A program made the translations under genes and the position numbers. A stretch of 63,801 nucleotides of DNA, filler included, from Octopus bimaculoides (lineage: Eukaryota): assembly GCF_001194135.2 (NCBI RefSeq). It is 6 parts of 6 records of this genome, joined end to end, with 100 filler letters (N's around TTAATTAATTAA, not from the genome) between each part and the next. Parts side by side here need not be neighbours in the genome. Positions count along the whole stretch, not along the records: positions 23,094 to 31,520 come from NC_069008.1; positions 31,621 to 44,059 come from NC_068987.1; 4 more parts are not named here. The stretch is one strand, 5' to 3'. Position 1 is the stretch's first letter; each line of letters opens with the position of its first letter. Shown here one piece after another: positions 27,813 to 40,069 of this stretch. Under the pieces are notes generated by a model that saw only the letters and a program-made list of their open reading frames with translations, was not told where the DNA came from and made no database searches.

Positions 27813-28041
27813 TTGGGTTGTCCGGAAAGTTCTTGCCAATTTTTAAAGGAAAGAAAAAGGTCAATAAATACTTGCCATTTGCATTTTTAATCGACCAAAT
27901 ATGAACCATTTTGTTGCACAGTGCGTCTCCATCTTTCCTTTAACTTGAAAATACCCTCTTCCCAGAACTGAGGTGGTTTCATGGCAAATAAGTCGAAAGG
28001 TAAACTACTATAAATCGGTACGAACTTTCCAGACAACCCAA
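27813..28041 (-). mobile_element. mariner-derived MITE
   Basis: TIRs TTGGGTTGTCCGGAAAGTTC / GAACTTTCCAGACAACCCAA with flanking TA. Carries the mariner C-terminus FWEEGIFKLKERWRRTVQQNGSY. Confidence 0.85.
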
Positions 28042-28258
28042 TACGAAGAAAAGAAATTTTAGAGTGTATTGCAGGGATAACTGTACAATTTATTTTCCAA
28101 ATACATCTGATCCTAGCTTTCACAAGGTGCAATATTCTCTGCATAAACTTTCAGCATGGAGAAACTTTTGAACTGCAGGTTGAAGATCTAAGCACGAGAT
28201 GTGCCTTGTAAAGCCTCAGGTTCCACTTAGTTTAGGGCCTACACCATTTGATTGAATT

Positions 28259-28301
<43 letters not shown>

Positions 28302-29026
28302 NNNNNNNNNNNNNNNNNNNNNNNNNNNNNNNNNNNNNNNNNNNNNNNNNNNNNNNNNNNNNNNNNNNNNNNNNNNNNNNNNNNNNNNNNNNNNNNNNNN
28401 NNNNNNNNNNNNNNNNNNNNNNNNNNNNNNNNNNNNNNNNNNNNNNNNNNNNNNNNNNNNNNNNNNNNNNNNNNNNNNNNNNNNNNNNNNNNNNNNNNNN
28501 NNNNNNNNNNNNNNNNNNNNNNNNNNNNNNNNNNNNNNNNNNNNNNNNNNNNNNNNNNNNNNNNNNNNNNNNNNNNNNNNNNNNNNNNNNNNNNNNNNNN
28601 NNNNNNNNNNNNNNNNNNNNNNNNNNNNNNNNNNNNNNNNNNNNNNNNNNNNNNNNNNNNNNNNNNNNNNNNNNNNNNNNNNNNNNNNNNNNNNNNNNNN
28701 NNNNNNNNNNNNNNNNNNNNNNNNNNNNNNNNNNNNNNNNNNNNNNNNNNNNNNNNNNNNNNNNNNNNNNNNNNNNNNNNNNNNNNNNNNNNNNNNNNNN
28801 NNNNNNNNNNNNNNNNNNNNNNNNNNNNNNNNNNNNNNNNNNNNNNNNNNNNNNNNNNNNNNNNNNNNNNNGGTAGTAGTAGTGGGAAATGTTGAAGTTT
28901 AAAAAGGAAGTCTGAGAGTAGCATTAAGTGAGACTGGAGACATTATAAAAATGGAAATTGCCACCAGCCAGTAGTGGGAGGAGCGGTGGCAGGAGTAGAT
29001 ATGGTGGCAGCTGCAGAAGTGGTAGT

Positions 29027-29061
<35 letters not shown>

Positions 29062-29109
29062 TGTTGTTATGATAAAAGCAGTGATGAGAGAGCGAAGGAC
29101 TAGCAATTA

Positions 29110-29873
29110 CCAAGTGTAGCCAAAGAGGCTAAACTCGACAGAAATAGCAGCCAAATCTTCCTCAAACCAGACTGTCTTATCTATGTATACATGTATATAT
29201 ATGTGTGTTTGTGTGTCTGTGTTTGTCCCCCCACCATCGCTGGTGTGTTTACGTCTCTGTAATTTAGTGGTTCGGCAAAAAGAGACCGATAGAATAAGTA
29301 CTAGGCTTACAAAAGAATAAGTCCTGGGGTCGAATTTCTCGACTAAAGGCGGTGCTCCAGCATGGCCGCAGTCAAATGACTGAAACAAGTAAAAGAGTAA
29401 AAGAGAGAGTATGTGTGAGCCAAAGAATAAGCCCTCCAGACCTGCTAAAAATTTCAGCCAAATCACCCTCAAATGACACCCTGCTGCCTTAGGTATCTAT
29501 GAGCAACAAGGAAGACTTCTATTATGGCAGCTAGTGACTAGAAATAGCAGCCAAAGCTCCCTCAAATCACACTGTGCTGTCTTGCGTATGTGTGTATGCA
29601 TATATTTATCTATGAGCCAACAAGAGACCTCTCTATGGTAGCTAGGCCTGTTAGAAATAGCAGACAAATCTCCCTCAGATCACAAATTACTATCTTATGT
29701 ATGTAGGAGCCCATCACGTAATGGCTAGACTTGCTAAAAATAGCAACCAAATTTCCCTTAAATGACACTCTGCTGCCTTATGTATCCTATGAGTGAATGA
29801 GGAAGGTCTCTACATGGTAGCAAGACCAGGCAGAAACAGCAGTCAAATTCCCCTCAAGTTACACCCTACAACC

Positions 29874-29875
<2 letters not shown>
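29110..29875 (+). repeat. Array of short units (gaaatagcagccaaatctccctcaaatcacac), about 6 copies
   Basis: Motif recurs at about 29140, 29445, 29540, 29655, 29740 and 29835. Confidence 0.7.
29175..29408 (+). mobile_element. SINE family B 3' half
   Basis: Tail consensus; inserted into the 29110-29875 repeat array. Further partial copies at 29915-30103(+), 30920-30990(-) and 61305-61435(+). Confidence 0.75.
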
Positions 29876-29916
<41 letters not shown>

Positions 29917-31409
29917 TAGGCACACATGGCTCCAGGTTCAGTCCCACTGCATAGCACTTTGGTCAAGTGTCTTCTGCCGTTGCCTCAGGTTGACCAAAGC
30001 TTTGTGAGTGAATTTGGTAGATGGAAACTGAAAGAAGCCCATCGTATGTGTGTGTGTGTGTCCGTGTCCTAGCCACTGCTTGACAATTAGTATTGGTATG
30101 TTANNNNNNNNNNNNNNNNNNNNNNNNNNNNNNNNNNNNNNNNNNNNNNNNNNNNNNNNNNNNNNNNNNNNNNNNNNNNNNNNNNNNNNNNNNNNNNNNN
30201 NNNNNNNNNNNNNNNNNNNNNNNNNNNNNNNNNNNNNNNNNNNNNNNNNNNNNNNNNNNNNNNNNNNNNNNNNNNNNNNNNNNNNNNNNNNNNNNNNNNN
30301 NNNNNNNNNNNNNNNNNNNNNNNNNNNNNNNNNNNNNNNNNNNNNNNNNNNNNNNNNNNNNNNNNNNNNNNNNNNNNNNNNNNNNNNNNNNNNNNNNNNN
30401 NNNNNNNNNNNNNNNNNNNNNNNNNNNNNNNNNNNNNNNNNNNNNNNNNNNNNNNNNNNNNNNNNNNNNNNNNNNNNNNNNNNNNNNNNNNNNNNNNNNN
30501 NNNNNNNNNNNNNNNNNNNNNNNNNNNNNNNNNNNNNNNNNNNNNNNNNNNNNNNNNNNNNNNNNNNNNNNNNNNNNNNNNNNNNNNNNNNNNNNNNNNN
30601 NNNNNNNNNNNNNNNNNNNNNNNNNNNNNNNNNNNNNNNNNNNNNNNNNNNNNNNNNNNNNNNNNNNNNNNNNNNNNNNNNNNNNNNNNNNNNNNNNNNN
30701 NNNNNNNNNNNNNNNNNNNNNNNNNNNNNNNNNNNNNNNNNNNNNNNNNNNNNNNNNNNNNNNNNNNNNNNNNNNNNNNNNNNNNNNNNNNNNNNNNNNN
30801 NNNNNNNNNNNNNNNNNNNNNNNNNNNNNNNNNNNNNNNNNNNNNNNNNNNNNNNNNNNNNNNNNNNNNNNNNNNNNNNNNNNNNNNNNNNNNNNNNNNN
30901 NNNNNNNNNNNNNNNNNNCCACGCAGTGGGACTGAACCTGGAACCATGTGGTTGGTAAGCAAGCTACTTACCACACAGCCACTCCTACACCTATATACAA
31001 ATGTATATATATATATATATAATATATGTGTGTGTGAACTTAGCAATGTGTATGCATGTACTGACTTGTTACTGTGTATGTATAATAATGTGTACTTACA
31101 GTCAAGTGTGTGTGCGCGTTTGTGATTATGGACATTTGTGTCTAAAGTGAAGTGAAGGTGTGTATGTGAGAAAGAGAGAGAGGTAAAACATGTTGACGAT
31201 GGGGGCTGACTGTGTCCCTTGATAAATGAGAGGAAAGAGCCGGCCACGGCGGTGTGAACACAGATGAAATAAGGAATGTGAGTGAAGTGTTTGGGGACAG
31301 GGAGAAGGGAGAGGAGGAAAAGGGGTTGTGGGTCTCAATTGAAAAGCCAGGCAGGAAGATTAAAAGACACAATGTCTAACCAAAAGGCAATCAGGATACC
31401 TCTGCATGT

Positions 31410-31452
<43 letters not shown>

Positions 31453-31564
31453 ACAGAAAGGGAGAGAGTGTGCATATGTATCAATATAAATGTATATGTT
31501 GCTATGTGTGCTTGCGAGTGNNNNNNNNNNNNNNNNNNNNNNNNNNNNNNNNNNNNNNNNNNNN

Positions 31565-31576
31565 TTAATTAATTAA
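31565..31576. other. Artificial scaffold spacer
   Basis: Same N44-TTAATTAATTAA-N44 layout. Confidence 0.9.
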
Positions 31577-33139
31577 NNNNNNNNNNNNNNNNNNNNNNNN
31601 NNNNNNNNNNNNNNNNNNNNATATATATATATATATATATATAGATACATATATATATATGAGTGTTTGTTCGTGCGCGTGCGCGTGACTTCAGAACAAA
31701 ACTTTTTACAGCAGTTCTCTTGCATTTAGCATCTCTTACAGACCCTCACACTCAGTTTGTTTTACCCTTCTCCCAGCGTGACCATCAAGCCTCATATAGT
31801 GTTTTGTTCTACATAAGATATTATCTCCCAGCATTAATACTGCCTCTCTCTCTAATAAACATTTATAAAATAGTTTAAAAAGAAAAGAGCATAAATACAA
31901 TTAAGCAGGAACGCGAAAAGCGTAGCTTCACAGTAGTTCTTCAAGGGCAGAATGCCGCGAGTAGCATTTCTCCAGTAGCAGATTTCAGTAGATGTGAATA
32001 ATTCACGATTTTCTGTTATCAAGAAGGACCAGTTGATGTACAATACTAGATAAATAGAAATTTTTCTCTTTATATATTGTCAATGCATAATATGATCCAT
32101 AATTTTTAATAGAAATTTTCGGCAATATGAAAACATTGAAGAAATCCTAAAGTGTGACATTTTTACATAAACTGCGCGTGTGCGCGTATATGTGTGTGCG
32201 CGTATATGTGTGCGCGCGTATATGTGTGTGTGCGTATATGTGTGTGCGCGTATATGTGTGTGCGTGTATGTGTATGTGTATCTGAGTACACATGCATATG
32301 TGTGTTTACTTCCCCGTGTCATCCTGGGAAGGTAAAATTGGTGCTTCGTACAAAATAATTTGAATGTAGGTCCAATTAAGTTACGAGGATTTGCCACCAG
32401 CCCGTCATAGTTCAACCATAAATGTCGACGTCTCAACATACGTTTAAAGTTGTCTCCCTTGAAACCGTGGCTCGAAAAATGCAAGGGAGATAACTCTACA
32501 TTATTTTTATAGGAAAATGTTTTATTCTTAAGGCGATAAAATTGTTTTGAAGTGTGCCTTGAATGAGTATCTTCTAGCTTGAAATCATCAAGCTGACAGC
32601 AGACCTATGATTGAAAACGTGCCATATCTCATATTCTATAAAGTAGTGTATATATGAGGCCATGTTATCTAATGTGTTGTTTCTTTTGTGAGACGGTATA
32701 AAGTAATTTGAGTAAGAATTGACTTTTATTAATTGTGTCGAGTTAGTGAAATATATAGTTTTAGATGGTTATATAATCGTCATTGGTGAACTTAATTCGT
32801 TCTCCTTGTTATAAATATCATCTGGTTGTCTTTTGCTAAGCTTGGGTCTTATGCCTCAGAAGGTATCTTTCCACCAGCAGCCTTAAAGCTTCTTCTATGC
32901 AGTCACAGATGCTGGGCTTTTATTGTAAGTCATAAATAATGATTTTAGTGCCTTGCTGTGTCTGTGATGCTGTTGTGACTATGGTCCTTGTTGAATTCCC
33001 CAAACCTAGAGATTCTATGTATTTGGTGCCGTGAGTTATTGAACCGTATCGAAGAATTATAGAGTAAATTTAAAATATAAGAATTATTTTTGAAATATTT
33101 ACTTCACATAAAAGTTAATGTGGCATCTAGTAGTAAATT

Positions 33140-33179
<40 letters not shown>

Positions 33180-33189
33180 NNNNNNNNNN

Positions 33190-33354
33190 GGAAAAGAACC
33201 AAGGTTCATGAACTCATCGATGAAAATCCACAGTCACCTATAGAAACATTAATAAGTAAAAGCAATAAATTATTTATTGTGCTTTTACTTATTAATTTTT
33301 CTATAGGTGACTGTGGATTTTCATCGATGAGTTCATGAACCTTGGTTCTTTTCC
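33190..33354. repeat. Long near-perfect palindrome (approx. 82-bp arms, 1-nt centre)
   Basis: Arms differ by one substitution and a 2-nt indel. A single-arm homologue is at 44200-44296. Confidence 0.9.
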
Positions 33355-33460
33355 CTAAAACTATATATATTTTTTTTATACTGTGAAACTTAATTTAATT
33401 TTAATTTTTAATAAATTGAATTTAATTGAGTTTTTACCTGTAAATTTGGATTTTTATCCC

Positions 33461-33491
<31 letters not shown>

Positions 33492-33500
33492 TTATCTATC

Positions 33501-33537
<37 letters not shown>

Positions 33538-33959
33538 GGGGGAGATGACGATCTTCGAGTGGCTGGAAGTTTTCAAACAATTAGTAAGCAATTAAGAACG
33601 TGTTAAAATTATGTAAAAATAGCAAAAAGATCTCTTACATAAATTGCGTGTGTGTGTGTATCTGCGGATATGTCTGTATGTGTGTGTAAGCACACGTGCA
33701 AGGGTGTGTTTACTTTCGCGTGTCGGCTTGGGTTGGCAGAATTGGTGCTTCGTCCAAAATAATTTGAATGTAGGTCCAGTTAGTAGCAGAAAATTTTTGT
33801 TTTTTTTTTTTCTTTTTTTTTTTAGCTGCTGTTGAATTTTAAACTTTGAATTAATTTAAAGATATTTCGAGAAAAATAGACAGATGATGAGTGACTGTTT
33901 GTGACAGAGACAAGGAAGCTTTGTCCGTAGTTTTAAATGGGTGATGAGGTATAGCAATA

Positions 33960-34609
33960 ACAAAAGCCGACAAGAATAGAACACTTAACAGCAGTAAACA
34001 AGTTGATCAATAACTCTTTGTCAAGTAAGATAACTCTCAGGTTGTGAGATAAGCCTGTAGTCACACGAATTCATGTCAAAGTAGAACGGCAATATTAGCT
34101 GATTCATTACAATCAGTATCTTCCTGCAGGGAAAACAAAAAAACCACATGTGCAGAATGAGTTCCAGTAAAGCAGAAAAGTGAGATTCTAGGGAATACGG
34201 GATACGAAGAACGTTGGAATGGAGGAAGTTTCAGAAACATTTGGTAAAACAGATGGTGAATTAGAGACAGTAAAGGGGACAAGAGAAGCAGGTAGACTTT
34301 CACTGAGACATTGTAGTCGGTTAGCAAAGGTTATGATTAAGACTATTAAGATTATGATTAAGATTATGGTTAAAACGGGACACTGAGAGAGAAAGTGAAA
34401 GGAGTACTTAATAAAGATAGGGGCAAGCTTGGCATATGCTATTTGAAGTTCATGGAAGAGATAGTTTGAGAGCCAGTAGTCTTGGTTTAGAGTAACCGGA
34501 AGCATTTTCGCACTTGACGTGTTTGTGTGTGTGTGTGTGTGTGTGTTTGTGCGTGCATGTGTGTGCGTGAGCGTGCATGCGAGTGCGTGCGAGTGTGTGT
34601 GTGTGCGTG

Positions 34610-34640
<31 letters not shown>

Positions 34641-34641
34641 A

Positions 34642-34697
<56 letters not shown>

Positions 34698-35130
34698 GAC
34701 GGTAATGAACCTAATGGAGAGGAAAAATATTAATGAAATTTACACGAGTGTATTTGTGAAATTAGATGCAAATCAAGCAACAAACAGGGAGGATTTCTCC
34801 ACAGGAGTACTGTTTACAGAGCCACCATAGTGAGTTGTTAGTTAGGAGTGTCCAGACCATATTATCGAAAAGTGGCCAAAAAGAACGACTGCGACTTTGG
34901 AGACAAGGTGGATAGGAGACTGGGATGCAGCAACAGACTTTTAGTTGACAGACAGTAGACATGCTAGAAATTCAGTGCCGTTGATAGTGATGGCTGGTAC
35001 CACAACTTGAGTTTTAGAGAGTATTCTTTACTTATACCACCGTAGCATGGCTACAGTTTGAAGCAGAGACTTGCTATGTTACTCTCCCAACAGAAATTTG
35101 ATAAAGTAACAACAAATGGATTAAATGTAA
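33960..35130 (-). mobile_element. Heavily decayed CR1/L2-like LINE fragment
   Basis: AKLAPIFIKYSFHFLS and DYRLIS resemble ELAPIL.KLF..SL and DYRPISL. Interrupted by a (GT)n tract. Confidence 0.4.
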
Positions 35131-37193
35131 GTATAACAGCTTTTGCTACTGATGTTGACATGTTCTGAAAAGAAATAACGAATAAACAACAGAGCTACGT
35201 TTTTAAATGTTCAATGAAAATGTACACGGAGATGTTGTGAATGTAATGCAAGACTAAAAATATACAGCTTAAAATACTAGGAAAGAGAATCTGAGGTGAT
35301 GTATATGTGGATGAAAGTGCATATTCAAGTGAGTCTGAATGGCTTGTTATACCGATTCAGATTCAAGTGGATCTGAATGTGATGCAGCGCTGGATTGTAT
35401 TTACATAACAGTTCATATTCAAGTGAGCATGGATATGGTGCAAGCAGCCAATTTTCCTTGAAAGGAACTGTGAATAAAGATTACTATTCTCAATTCATAC
35501 CATCATAGGAGGATTTTTTTGTAATAAGCATGCATTTTGTGGTAGGTGGCTCAAGTAAGTGCAAAAACCAAATTTGTCTGGCACTGTGGTCGTATGTAAT
35601 TGCTGCACGAAAAGCAAGCACGACAATTGCAAAAAGAAAAATAATAATAATAGTAAATAAATAATGTGTGGTGGTGCGAATTAAATACGTGCATGTATTT
35701 TGCAATGATGTTGATTAAGCAAAATGAAATGAAAAATGAAGAAAGTTGAGTGTATAGAGAAAACTATCATGCAAAGTACGGGTAGTCAAAATCCAAAGCA
35801 AAACAATAAAACAAAGTGTGATTTGAGTGTCATGGATGGTGTGTAAATAACAGAACAGACGAGAACATCAACGAAAAGTGTATGCACAAAAATCAAACAC
35901 CAGTTGCAAGTGGGTCTGAAGGTTATGAATGAGACGTTAATATTGGTTCAAGCCTGCTATCACTGACCAACATGAAGTTTTGCAGGACAAAAACTATCGT
36001 CACAAAATAAAATCAAAAGTTCAGCTGCAACATAGGTGGTGAAAACTACATGAAGTTTGTAATAGACAGAAAGTATAGTGGAAAATAATTTTCAGAGGAA
36101 CTGTTTAGCGGACTGGGTCCAATCTGTTGAAAGTTTCGATAGGAAGGCATTAAAATTGACAAGAAGCGTTTTATATATCGTATCAAACTCTACAGTAATT
36201 GTCTAATGAACTATACTGAAACCTATTGCAAGTGAATATTGAACAGGACACACGAGCACCGGAAGTGCGTAGTGGAAAGCTTCTAAATCTACAGGAAGTT
36301 TGAAGTGTTGTATATTAATATCATGAGCTACAGGACTGTATTTATACCTACAGGAATGTTGTAATGGGTTATATAAAGGCCTACAGGAGGTGTGCTGTGA
36401 ACTATATGTTAAAGATTATATGATGTATTTTATGCACTGTGTTTAACTCTACAGGATATATGTAGTGGGCTGCATTAAAGTCAAAAGGAAACGTTTTGTG
36501 AACCATATCATAGACTTCACGGAGTGTGTATGAGATTTGCAGGAAATATACAGTTGACGATATTCTAGTCTACAGCATGTGTACAGCAGCCTGTATTAAA
36601 TTCTACTGGAAGAGTTTATTAAAATACATACAAGAAGTCTGTTGAAAATATATCGCTGGACTGTATTAAAAAAACAGGCAGAGTAAACTGAACTGTAAAC
36701 ACGTCCATGAAATGCACAGCGGACTATACGCAAAACTACAGAAAGTCTGTGGTGAACTCTATTGAAATCTATATAACGTGATTAATGGACAGTATTAAAA
36801 ACTACAGATTGTAGTTGACTGCACCTAAGTCTATAGGCAGTGTGTAACAGACTCTTTTAAAGTCCACAGTTACCGTATCATGATCCGTATGTGTGTATGC
36901 AGGAAGTGTGTAGTTACTATATTAAAATCTACGGGAAGTGTGTAGTGAATTTTGTAAAAGTCTACAGGAAATATGTTATTGAAAATGTTAAATACTAAAG
37001 GAAGTATGTAGAGGACTGTATTATAGTCTACAGGAAGCGTGTAGAGGGCAATTTTAAAGCCTGTAGGACGTGTTTGATGAACTATATTTAATATAGTCGA
37101 TTAAACACGTAGAGTATTCGAAGTGTGTAGTGGAGTGCATTAAAGACTACAAGCAATGTAAATTAAAGTCAACAGGAAATGTCTAGAGGACTA

Positions 37194-40069
37194 AGGGAAG
37201 ACGGGGCAAAACGGACCTCTTATGGGAAAAGTTCGATATTTCCGTCAAAAATGCACACATCTTAATGCTATGTGCATAGAGAATAGCTATTCGCATGTTT
37301 ATGTGTAGTATGATTAATTGGAAAACAATCTTGCATAGATGTGTGCAAAAGAAATTTTTATCAGACGTTGTCCATTTGGCCCCAGCACGGGGGGAAAAAG
37401 GGTTGGACCGTTTTGCCCCATAAGAATACTTATTATATTTTGCCATATTCAAATACATACTTGTGTGTATTATACTGAAATGCATCTTTTATTTATAAAA
37501 CAACTGAAAAATGAAATAAATGAAAGAAAATTATGATCATGAGAAATACTGTTTCCTGCTCTCAGTATACAAACCCATCCCACTCCTGGAGATTCATGGG
37601 TTTTTTCTTTTTCTAAAGACAAAGAAATAGTGAGTGTTCAATGTAACTTGTCAGCAAGGTAGCTGATTAGGGGACATAAATTTCCCAAATGAATATAACG
37701 TCATCAATTTCAACCCCAGCACACTTTTCCTGTGCCCATTCCCTGCACAGCTGGCATTCAATCCAATTTTCTGTCGGGGTTTCTCTATAAAGTTCGTCAC
37801 AAAAAATGCAATGGAACTCCTTGTCTGTTGTCTTTGATGTGCAGGCTGGTGTCTTCAGCACACTTCCAGGGGTCTTGGGTTTGCGAGCATTTCTCCTTGC
37901 TGTTGGTTTAGTTGTTGGTTTTTTCATGGCTTTAAAAGGCGAACTGGTGAGGCACTCTGAAGTTTGAGCTCTTCTTTTTCTTGCTGTATCCTGAGTTCGT
38001 GGAACAGGCGACAAGGAAACAACAGAGATTCTTTGTTTTGGTGGATTGTGTAGGCCTACTTCTGTGTCTTCTTGACTCTTGCATCCATCTGCAAGTTTGA
38101 CAGATGGGTCATAAGACTGGGAGAGTGCAGGATCTACTTGTGGCTGTTCCTGTGATGGCGCTGAGCTTCTCTTAGGATCAACAATTTCAGTGATTTCTGT
38201 CGAAATAAAATTGACATCACCAAACACATCCTGATTGTATGGCCAGACCCCAGTGCAACGAAATCCACTGCAGGCATTTGAACTGTCGCAGCTCGTATGA
38301 AGGTCTGTCCAAAAAAGGCAGTAACTTTGAAGTCATCTACCCGCTGACCTGGGTGATTGATGATCCACTTGTCAAGCTCAATTACATCCAAGTTAATGTA
38401 GCTGGTGTGATTGTCCAAAAGGAGGAGCACTTTTCTCTCAACAGATGGATTTGTATGTTGAATGAAATGGTGTAGCCACTTAGAAAATGTTTCCCGATCA
38501 ATCCATTCATTTTCGCTTCCATAAGCAACTGAACCTTCTGGTGCTCCATGAAGCAGTGGGTCGGCTATGCGCTTCTTCTTGAAGATAAATACAGGTAGTA
38601 TGAAAAGCTCGGTGATGCTCATTGCACACACAGCTGTCAAAAGTCCGTCCTTTCTCAACACTAACAATTCGTCTAACCTGCTTCGCTCCCTTCAGTGAGA
38701 TGACTTTTGGAACTCTCTGCACTGAGAACAGACTTGTTTCATCCATGTTGAAAATCCTATCAACTGTGAAATGGTGCTGCTGGTAAACTTCTTTTAGAAC
38801 ATCAAAAAATCTGCCAACCTGGACCCTGTTGAATGCTGCAGCACAACCAACACTCGTTGACTGAGCAGTGCGCAGGATCAGTGTTGTGTGACGCTTTAAA
38901 AAACAAACCAGCCAGTCTGTTCCAGATTTTCTTTTTTCCTTTATTGAATTTATGGGGGACCTTGTTGGTCTCAGCAACCTCAAAAGCCAAGGAACGCAAA
39001 CCTCTTGAAGTGAGACTATAAAAAGTCCGTTGCAGGTAGACACAGTGCTCTAGCAGTTCCTCCTCAAGATTCTTTATTGTTGACTGAAAATACGCTAAAG
39101 AAAGCTGGCTAGGGGAAGACACTTTTCCTTCCAGGTGTCTCTACAGGGTTGTCTTGGGGACTTCACACTACTTTGCCGCCTGGCGAACAGAACTTCCTTG
39201 TCGGATAGATTGCATGGCTGCCTGTAGGTTATCAGGAGTCCAAGAGCCTCTTCCGGTTTTACGAATGTATTTCTCACCATCTGAAAATAATTAAAAAATG
39301 GGATGAAGAAAGTGAGACAAAACTCATGCGCGCTCGCACCCACACAGACACCAGCACTCACACCCCTGCACATACATCCCTGAACACACTCAGACGCGCG
39401 CGCGCACACACATGCACACACACATGCATACACACATACAAAATCACACATGTACACACCTGCATTTGCATACACATACACCCAATCAAACACACCCACA
39501 TACACACACACATGCACAACGCACACATGTACTTACACATGCACACACATGCACACGCATGTGCATACATACACAAACACACAAACTCCCACGTGCATGC
39601 GCCCACACACACCCACATACACACACACACACAAAAAACATACACACATATGGGGCAAAAGGGGACAGTGGACCGTATTGCCCCAACACACTGATCCGTT
39701 TTGCCCCATTCAGATTACAACAAAAAATGTCTACTCTGCATCCAAACGTAAGAAAAGATCAAGGCTGTTGCTGCTTAAACATTGACATTTGAAATGTTTC
39801 AAAATATGATAGGCCATACTTACCTAAGATGTTGGTATTTATTTCATTAACATGGTATATTTGAAAGTAATACTTACATTAAAGACTTGAATTTCAGTAT
39901 TTATCTTCCTGTGTTGTGAAAACTGCCGCCATAACTTTTTCGGGATGTGAGATCGAAGGGGGAAGTAACTTTGAATCAGAAAGCGTTCACGACGGTTAAG
40001 TCCCATTTAGATGTCTAAAATGGGGCTGGTCCGTTTTACCCCAGTGGTCCATCTTGCCCTGGTTTCCCC
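37194..40069 (-). mobile_element. pogo/Tigger-like (Tc1-mariner superfamily) DNA transposon, decayed
   Basis: Imperfect 24-bp TIRs (AGGGAAGACGGGGCAAAACGGACC vs GGGGAAACCAGGGCAAGATGGACC, 18/24 identical). TA duplication at 37192-37193 and 40070-40071. Internal GGGGCAAAACGGA-like subterminal repeats. Confidence 0.85.
37667..39280 (-). pseudogene. Frameshifted pogo-like transposase (psq-type HTH, CENP-B HTH, DDE_1, C-terminal PHD-like finger)
   Basis: RQAAK*CEVPKTTL*RHL; EEELLEHCVYLQRTFYSLT; RIFNMDETSL; VLLLLDNHTSY; CIFC...WIECQLCREWAQEKC. Multiple stops and frameshifts, and the QPLD segment is absent. Confidence 0.85.

Noticed and set aside
36000-37190. Regularly spaced repeats as a CRISPR-like array
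   Set aside because: Contiguous degenerate tandem units with no unique spacers, in eukaryotic DNA.
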